A stretch of 64,000 nt of DNA from Chrysomallon squamiferum (taxonomy: Eukaryota; Animalia; Mollusca), in the NCBI GenBank assembly GCA_012295275.1, contig CM022675.1, positions 5,766,001 through 5,830,000 on the forward strand. Reading direction: 5' to 3'. Positions 42,757 through 64,000 of the stretch are shown in pieces. Every line of letters starts with the position of its first letter. The stretch's first letter is position 1. The notes beneath the pieces are model-generated. The model saw only the letters and a list, made by a program, of their open reading frames with translations. It did no database searches and was not told where the DNA came from. The translations under genes were made by a program, and so were the position numbers.

Positions 42757-42941
42757 ATATATATATATATACATAGATGTGTGTAGGTATGTGTAAGCAT
42801 GTGTGTATGTGTGTCTGTATCTCTGTATCTGTGAGAATGTATATGTGTGTATATCTGTGTGTGTGTCTGTTATGATCATATATTAATTTTTATTTCTCTA
42901 CTTTTCAGAGGCAGTCACAAGAACTTGAAGACAGACTGTGA
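11036..42941 (+). CDS. Multi-exon gene A: MUC4/SUSD2-like type-I transmembrane protein (NIDO-AMOP-VWD-cadherin/Ig-like-EGF array-SEA-TM-tail), 39 exons, ~2,150 aa; 5' end lies upstream
   Basis: Chain of GT-AG exons with consistent phases, translated by hand, ending in TGA at 42939-42941. Two defects: a missing acceptor near 20208 and a +1 frameshift in exon 24951-25212. The first exon has a phase-1 acceptor and no start codon or signal peptide. Confidence 0.85.
13668..14865 (+). CDS. End of NIDO plus AMOP-domain exons (13668-13915, 14658-14865)
   Basis: KCLNWY...LPDCPCS...SCCY...YYYCC...[14 protein letters not shown] matches the AMOP Cys pattern. Confidence 0.85.
15106..18123 (+). CDS. VWD-domain exons with GDPH site (15106-15348, 15935-16102, 16693-16887, 17872-18123)
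   Basis: [25 protein letters not shown]; [16 protein letters not shown]; [13 protein letters not shown] is encoded at 15117-15128. Confidence 0.9.
15389..15459 (-). mobile_element. Degenerate tRNA-like sequence (tRNA pseudogene or tRNA-derived SINE head)
   Basis: Minus strand reads TTCCAT..TAGCTCAGTTGTTAGA (A-box-like)...GGGTTCGACTCC (B-box)...ATGGAA; the ends can pair like an acceptor stem. Confidence 0.45.
18421..20388 (+). CDS. Cadherin/Ig-like beta-sandwich exon (18421-18637) and following exon (~20208-20388) starting the first EGF
   Basis: NSIPVI...[15 protein letters not shown]...ETGEV, then VVKDSKGA...[11 protein letters not shown]...CECFTGWTG. The acceptor of the second exon is not visible. 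Confidence 0.65.
18765..19440 (+). repeat. ~44-bp degenerate minisatellite (ATCTGACATTACAATGTTATAATTAATAACAGTTTTATATTGAT)
   Basis: Direct reading. Confidence 0.85.
21010..22138 (+). repeat. 59-bp tandem repeat spanning a 3' splice site (~18 decoy copies + the functional acceptor)
   Basis: Unit GAGACAACTGTTCTGTAGATTACAATGTTTGTAATTACAAGTAAAACTTGTATTT[TG]CAG; starts at 21242, 21301, 21360 ... 21994, 22053, 22112. Confidence 0.95.
22112..31434 (+). CDS. EGF/cbEGF array exons of gene A, part 1 (16 exons)
   Basis: Phase 1-1 exons: 22112-22273, 22509-22622, 23122-23247, 23789-23908, 24273-24389, 24951-25212, 25581-25691, 25878-26003, 26239-26370, 27015-27149, 27557-27811, 28395-28517, 28834-28959, 29345-29482, 30706-30834, 31177-31434; D[IV][DN]EC and CxNxxG[SG][YF]xCxC motifs. 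Confidence 0.88.
27140..27482 (+). repeat. ~40-bp minisatellite starting at a 5' splice site (GTTAAAATATTAACATTTAACACTTAACTACACTTGTAAA)
   Basis: Direct reading; begins at the end of exon 27015-27149. Confidence 0.85.
29785..30700 (+). repeat. Intronic direct duplication, ~490-bp unit x2
   Basis: CTAAATTA..TTACTCTT[AG]GAATACAAAGAACAGGCACAATA at ~29786 and ~30273 with colinear downstream sequence. Confidence 0.85.
32066..34938 (+). CDS. EGF/cbEGF array exons of gene A, part 2 (32066-32332, 33088-33354, 34010-34141, 34813-34938)
   Basis: Canonical splice sites, phase 1-1, cbEGF consensus. Confidence 0.85.
32910..32956 (+). pseudogene. Truncated 5' fragment of the 132-nt cbEGF exon
   Basis: [16 protein letters not shown], then runs into acceptor-derived repeats and a stop; the intact copy is at 34010-34141. 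Confidence 0.75.
35130..37250 (+). repeat. 35-bp satellite, ~2.1 kb
   Basis: AACTGTAACCAAGTCCTCTGATACAGT[CT]CTAATTT units. Confidence 0.95.
37834..39716 (+). CDS. SEA domain (37834-37937, 38556-38775) and juxtamembrane Cys-rich exon (39609-39716) of gene A
   Basis: [25 protein letters not shown]; phases 1-0, 0-1, 1-1 are consistent. Confidence 0.75.
39203..39568. repeat. Inverted duplication (arms 39203-39364 and 39416-39568)
   Basis: AAACATGAACAGAAAACTAATTTACAACAGAAACAAATTGCTTATTATGACTTAATT is followed by its near-perfect reverse complement. Confidence 0.9.
40082..40229 (+). CDS. Transmembrane exon of gene A
   Basis: [25 protein letters not shown] followed by basic RVKSKRRLK. Confidence 0.9.
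40238..40575 (+). repeat. Degenerate (GAAT)n microsatellite
   Basis: Direct reading. Confidence 0.85.
41104..42941 (+). CDS. Cytoplasmic tail exons of gene A (41104-41297, 41954-42015, 42607-42669, 42909-42941)
   Basis: [17 protein letters not shown]..., [23 protein letters not shown]; phases 2-1, 1-0, 0-0; homologous to the gene B tail. Confidence 0.75.
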
Positions 42942-43965
42942 GACATTCTCTCACCTGGGTACATCTGTCTGGTACAGATAGTGAAGACTACAACTACTAA
43001 TCAAACATTTTAACCTGGATTAACACTGTGAATATTTTATTTTTTTAACATGCACTGGTTTAAAAAACTTTGTATTTCTTATCTCAGTTTATAAAACCAC
43101 ACATAGAGAGACACATGCATATGTATGTATCTGTGTATATGTGTGAATTCATGCTGTCATTTACATACATGGTTTAGCTTTTAAATCTCAAATTTTATAT
43201 ATCATATACTGAGTCAACTCTGTCAGTCTACTGTTGTGTTAGAAATGAAGTAGACTACATGCCACTAGATTTGGTGGTGTTAAAAAGAAGAATGAAATAT
43301 CAAAACACATTTTTTGATACTAAAATTACAAAACACATTTTTGTTCAATGTTATTTTTTGTTACTAAAAAATTACTAAATGTACAGCTCAGTATATGTTC
43401 AGTCAATAGATGTTAAAATTTTATATGTTCAGTGTTAATTTTTGTTACAAACTATAGAAATAAGATATTTCAGTGTTAATTTTTGTAAAACAGTGATTTT
43501 TATATGTTCAGTGTTAATTTTTGTTACAAACTAGAGATAAGATTTTTATAAAACAGTGATTTTTGAGAAGGAACAAACAACACCAGTTACTCTGCCCTTG
43601 TAGCAAGAAAGTGACTTTTATATGCACCTTCACATAAACAGAACATTGGAGCTGGAAATACATTAGTCTGAGAAATGTATAATGGCTTGTCAAAAATTAA
43701 AAGAAAAAGAATGAAAAATATGTTGTTTATGGCTGATTGAAAAAAAAGTGTCTGTCCTTTTTTTTTAGTACTGAAATATGGTTGTATTGAACAATTGTTT
43801 CTGTGAAAATGTTTTACATTTGTTATTATTATATCTGTTATTGTTATTGCTATTATTATTATTTCTGTTACTATTATTATTCATTTATTTACTTATTATT
43901 ATTGGTCCTTTTGGTGTTATCATTACTGCTGTTATTAGTATTATTACTGTTATTATCGTTATTGC

Positions 43966-43999
<34 letters not shown>

Positions 44000-44466
44000 G
44001 TTCTTATTGTTATTATTATTATTATTACAACTTAATCTGTGTTTTAACCATGAATCTGAATACTGCATTTGTTTATACCTACCCAGAATAATTTTGTAAC
44101 AAAAATTTGGAACTTTTATATTTTAATTTTAAACAGTGTTAACATAATAGTATTTAATATCTGCATATATCTTTGTAATTGCTTATTTTAAATGGTGTGG
44201 TGGACAATATACAGTGTACTAAACTGTAGATAGAATTTTTCTTGAATGCACATATTCATGTATTTGTCTTCCTCAGTTTAATTATATATGTATTATGCAA
44301 TTAAATAACACCAAATACTTTTTCTTTTCTTACTTTAAAAGTAATTTGGAAAATTATTGAATTTATTTAAATACCTTTTAGTGACTTTTGATGAAATGTT
44401 TTGTTATGTTAGGGGTGAGATGGTGTTTTTTGTTATCTTTTTTACAGATGTATTTATTTATTTATC

Positions 44467-44512
<46 letters not shown>

Positions 44513-47500
44513 TGATTTTAGTTCATTTTATTTTGAAATTTTATTGTGATATTTTTGTTTAACTGAATTACATTCAAAACCATTAATACATGTACAGATA
44601 TTTATATGTGTAACTATATATATATATAAATTAATATTTTATTATATTAAAGGTTATTCAATAACTGGAAAGAAATATTTTTTTTTATATATTTTTATAT
44701 ACGCTTATCATTGATAAATAAAACAAATATTCAGTATGGGTTTTGTTTTTGTTGAAATAATTATGTATATTGATGTTACTGATTTGCAAGAAATAAGTAT
44801 GTAATAGCATTATTTTACATAAAGTCAGCCATTCATTGTCTGTGTTTCTTGAGAGAGACTACTTATTTATTTATTTATTTATTTATTTACATCCCATAAT
44901 TATTTTGTATGAAGTTTGGAGATTTTCTTTCTCTTTTTCTTATTTGTCTATTTATCTATTTATCTATCTATCTACTAATTTTTTATTATTGTTTGTTTGT
45001 TTGTTTGTTTGTTTATATATTTTCACAGCATTACTGTGAAGATTAGAGGAAGGCAAGATGGTTATTTGATAGGTATTCTTGTTGTTTATTTTTAATTAGC
45101 CTGAAACATTTGACATCCTCTGTCACAGTTACAACTGAGAAAACAGAAAATGTTTCATTTAAAGATTCCAGATGTTATTTCTCAATCAGTAATTATATTG
45201 TGCATTAAATAATTATGGTAGAAACTATCCAGTGGAGAGGATAAACCCACAACAAGTTTTACATGTATATTTATATACATATATATATATATATACAGAA
45301 ATTATTCAGCATAATGCATACTATAGTGTTCTTATAAAACTCTTTGGTGAAAGTGATTAAGTGGGAAATGATGGTTTATTTATTTATTTAATTTTTTTAA
45401 TTTTTTTAATTTTATTTTATTAATGAATTATATTTAGTAAATAAATGTATTAAACAAATAAAATTAATCAAATAAACAGCCAAAGAAACGAAACTATTAA
45501 TTACATACATATTTATGGTTTATCTCTTTTACTATTTTCTTCCTTTTTTTTTTATTTACCAACTGACTTATTTTTTTAATTTTATAATTATTATTTATTT
45601 ATTTATTTATTTATTTAATTTATTTTTATTTTTTTTATTTTTTTTATTTTTTATTATTATTTTTTTTTCAGTCATATTTATTATTCATTTCTAGTCACCA
45701 GGAAAAAGACACACCAAGTCCCATAGTTTATTGAAAGCCATAATAGAGCTACCAGTATAACAGAAAACAAACAGAAGCAAAATAAAATACAACAATAACA
45801 TATTGTCACAAATTCCACATAATTTAGAAAAAAATATATAAAAAATAAATAAATAAATACAAAAAGATCTGATATAAAACAATCATTATAAAATATACAT
45901 CACCAAACTCTCCCAAATCCAAGTATAACATATTAAAAAGAGATGTCCAGAATAAAATGAAAGCAAAGCAAAGTCCGAACATGAAAAGATTGTTTTATTT
46001 CCTAAATATCCATTATAAAATAAGCAACCAAAATTGGCCCAAGAATTTTTATAACTTAATAATAATAATAATAATAAAATAAATAAAGTATAAAAAAAAT
46101 TGCACTACAAAATAGCTCCACATTTTTGCAAGTTCCAATATAATTTACAGACAAATAAGAAGTACAAAATCAATAAAAATTTAGAAACGACATGACAGTG
46201 TGATTATTATTAGTTAAAGAAATACCCAGATTTACAGTTAAAAAAGAACAGGCAGAAGACTTTACTATCACTGCTTGATAAAGATAAAAGAGAACACAAC
46301 AACCCAATTTTATTATAACAATACTGAAAGCATGAAGATTTCAGATTCATGATTCCTGCAAACATATTTTACACTGTACACAGATATTTACCAAATATTT
46401 TCTTTTTCTTTTTCCTTCAGAACTTGTAACATTATGTGTATGTAAATATATAATGTTGAAAATATTTTTATTTAAAGCATTTACTTATTTTCAATCTCAA
46501 ATCCCACAAATAACAAACAAATCAAAGCAAAACTAATGACAAAGCTTCTTAAATATTACTTAAAAATGAAAAAATAAAAATAAAATACAAAACTGAAATA
46601 CGAATACTTGAAAAATAAAAAACAAAAAACAACATTAAAATAAATTAAAATATCAGCAGTACAAAGATGATAAAGTAAAAAATAAAAGTTTCTGCAAAAA
46701 ATATATTTAACGCCATATATGTTAGTTTTTTTACAGATTCATAAGCTATTTTATTATCATTCAGCCTTGAATATTTATCACAAAATTCCATTCATCTGCA
46801 TCATTTTATTATTAGTTTTAAATATCCAGTTAATTCACCCCAAAATAATTTCACTGGCCCTTGGGTGAATCATTCACCCATTTATAAAACACTGTGTCAC
46901 CAAACAGTTGTAGTAAACAATAAATTTAAATATACGAGTTCTTGGCAGCATATATACATTTCAAAGCAATATGTACATACTGGTTATGACTTTATACATT
47001 TAAGTCAAGAATTTATAACCATGTGATTAAATTTTTAAATTTGCATCATAGAAATGAATATTTCAAAACAGATTTGGTTATTTATAAGCTATAACACAGT
47101 GTTATGACAAAATTCTTGTATATCTTTTTTGGTTTACTCAAATACATTTTTGAAAATCATAATAATAATAATAACAAAGAAATTAGTTTGTCTGGAAAGT
47201 AAGTTGAATATATGAAATCTGTTTTACACATATGTCTTTGAGGAATTTTAAAAGTTCACGTTACTTGTTGTCTTTACTAGATACTGAGACAATTCTCAAA
47301 TGAACAGATATACTCTGTATTTTATTTCTAGTAATACCAGGATTCATATTAATTATTCTACTCCATGTTGACATATATAAAACACTTTTATTACTCACAG
47401 AAGCTCATTAAATTAAAACACTTTTTACACCTTTGTTTTATCACATTTAGAAAGTGCCAAAGTTAAGAAAATTTGTAACAGAAAAATATTTTTTTAAGAA

Positions 47501-48003
47501 CTCACTTGTTAAATGAAGTTTTGTTATATAAAACCAGTCAGATATTGTAATATAATTTAAAACTATAAATTTTCAGACAGGAAAATAGAAAATAATAATC
47601 ATAAAAACAAATAATACTTCTTCTCAGTAAAAGTTAAACTTTTAAAGAATTCTTCTGATCAGTCATAATGTCTGAAAAAAAACAAAAAAACAAAAAAACT
47701 ACATTTCTTCCTTGAATGAATTTGAATACTACTACAACTATTATTATTATTATTATTATTATGACACTTCTGCTACTACTACTGCTGTATTACTACAGTA
47801 ACAACTCCTGCCACTGTTACTAATAGTACAAATAATACTCACACTACCAGTACTACTACTTCTATTACTACTACTACTAATTAACTTTAGAAAGTTAAAT
47901 AAATTTTCAAATGATTTATTAAAATTAAAATGATATATAAATTAAATTATAATTTTTTTTTTTTACAGACCAAAGAAAGGATGTTTACCTTGCATGCAAC
48001 ACT

Positions 48004-64000
<15,997 letters not shown>

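Noticed and set aside
11036-42941. Naming the gene MUC4, SUSD2, mesh, fibrillin or Notch
   Set aside because: No PTS, sushi, TB or LNR/ankyrin domains are seen; orthology needs phylogeny, so no symbol is given.
43570-43660. Possible degenerate SINE fragment (TAGCAAG...CTTTTATATGCACC)
   Set aside because: Resemblance is from memory only, too degenerate, and not verifiable without a repeat library.
46862-46880. Short palindrome TGGGTGAATCATTCACCCA
   Set aside because: Single short instance with no TIR partner or TSD, so it cannot support a transposon call.

Overview
AT-rich, microsatellite-laden, intron-rich animal DNA. It is probably an invertebrate such as a mollusc, but that is inference only. 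Most ORF-track entries are microsatellite or antisense artefacts; the real coding content is about 70 short GT-AG exons that I reconstructed by hand. (1) Plus strand, 11036-42941: a 39-exon, roughly 2,150-aa type-I membrane protein. Domain order is NIDO, AMOP, VWD with a GDPH site, a cadherin/Ig-like domain, a long EGF/cbEGF array, SEA, a Cys-rich segment, a TM helix and a cytoplasmic tail. This is a MUC4/SUSD2/Mesh-like 'mucin-like protein' that also carries a SEA domain. (2) Plus strand, 1413-6712: a paralogous EGF-SEA-Cys block with no TM exon. Its last donor is phase-compatible with the first NIDO exon, so it may be an upstream module of the same giant gene. (3) Minus strand, beyond 64000 down to 48004: a convergent paralog (EGF array, SEA, TM, tail) whose EGF array is built from a young tandem repeat of about 2.95 kb carrying 4 exons. 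Notable signals are: near-identical EGF exons shared by otherwise divergent paralogs (gene-conversion-like), tandem arrays of duplicated splice sites (about 18 decoy acceptors before one exon), exon relics, an intronic hairpin next to an acceptor, and conserved tail motifs. Two +1 frameshifts and one missing acceptor sit at homopolymers and may be assembly errors.
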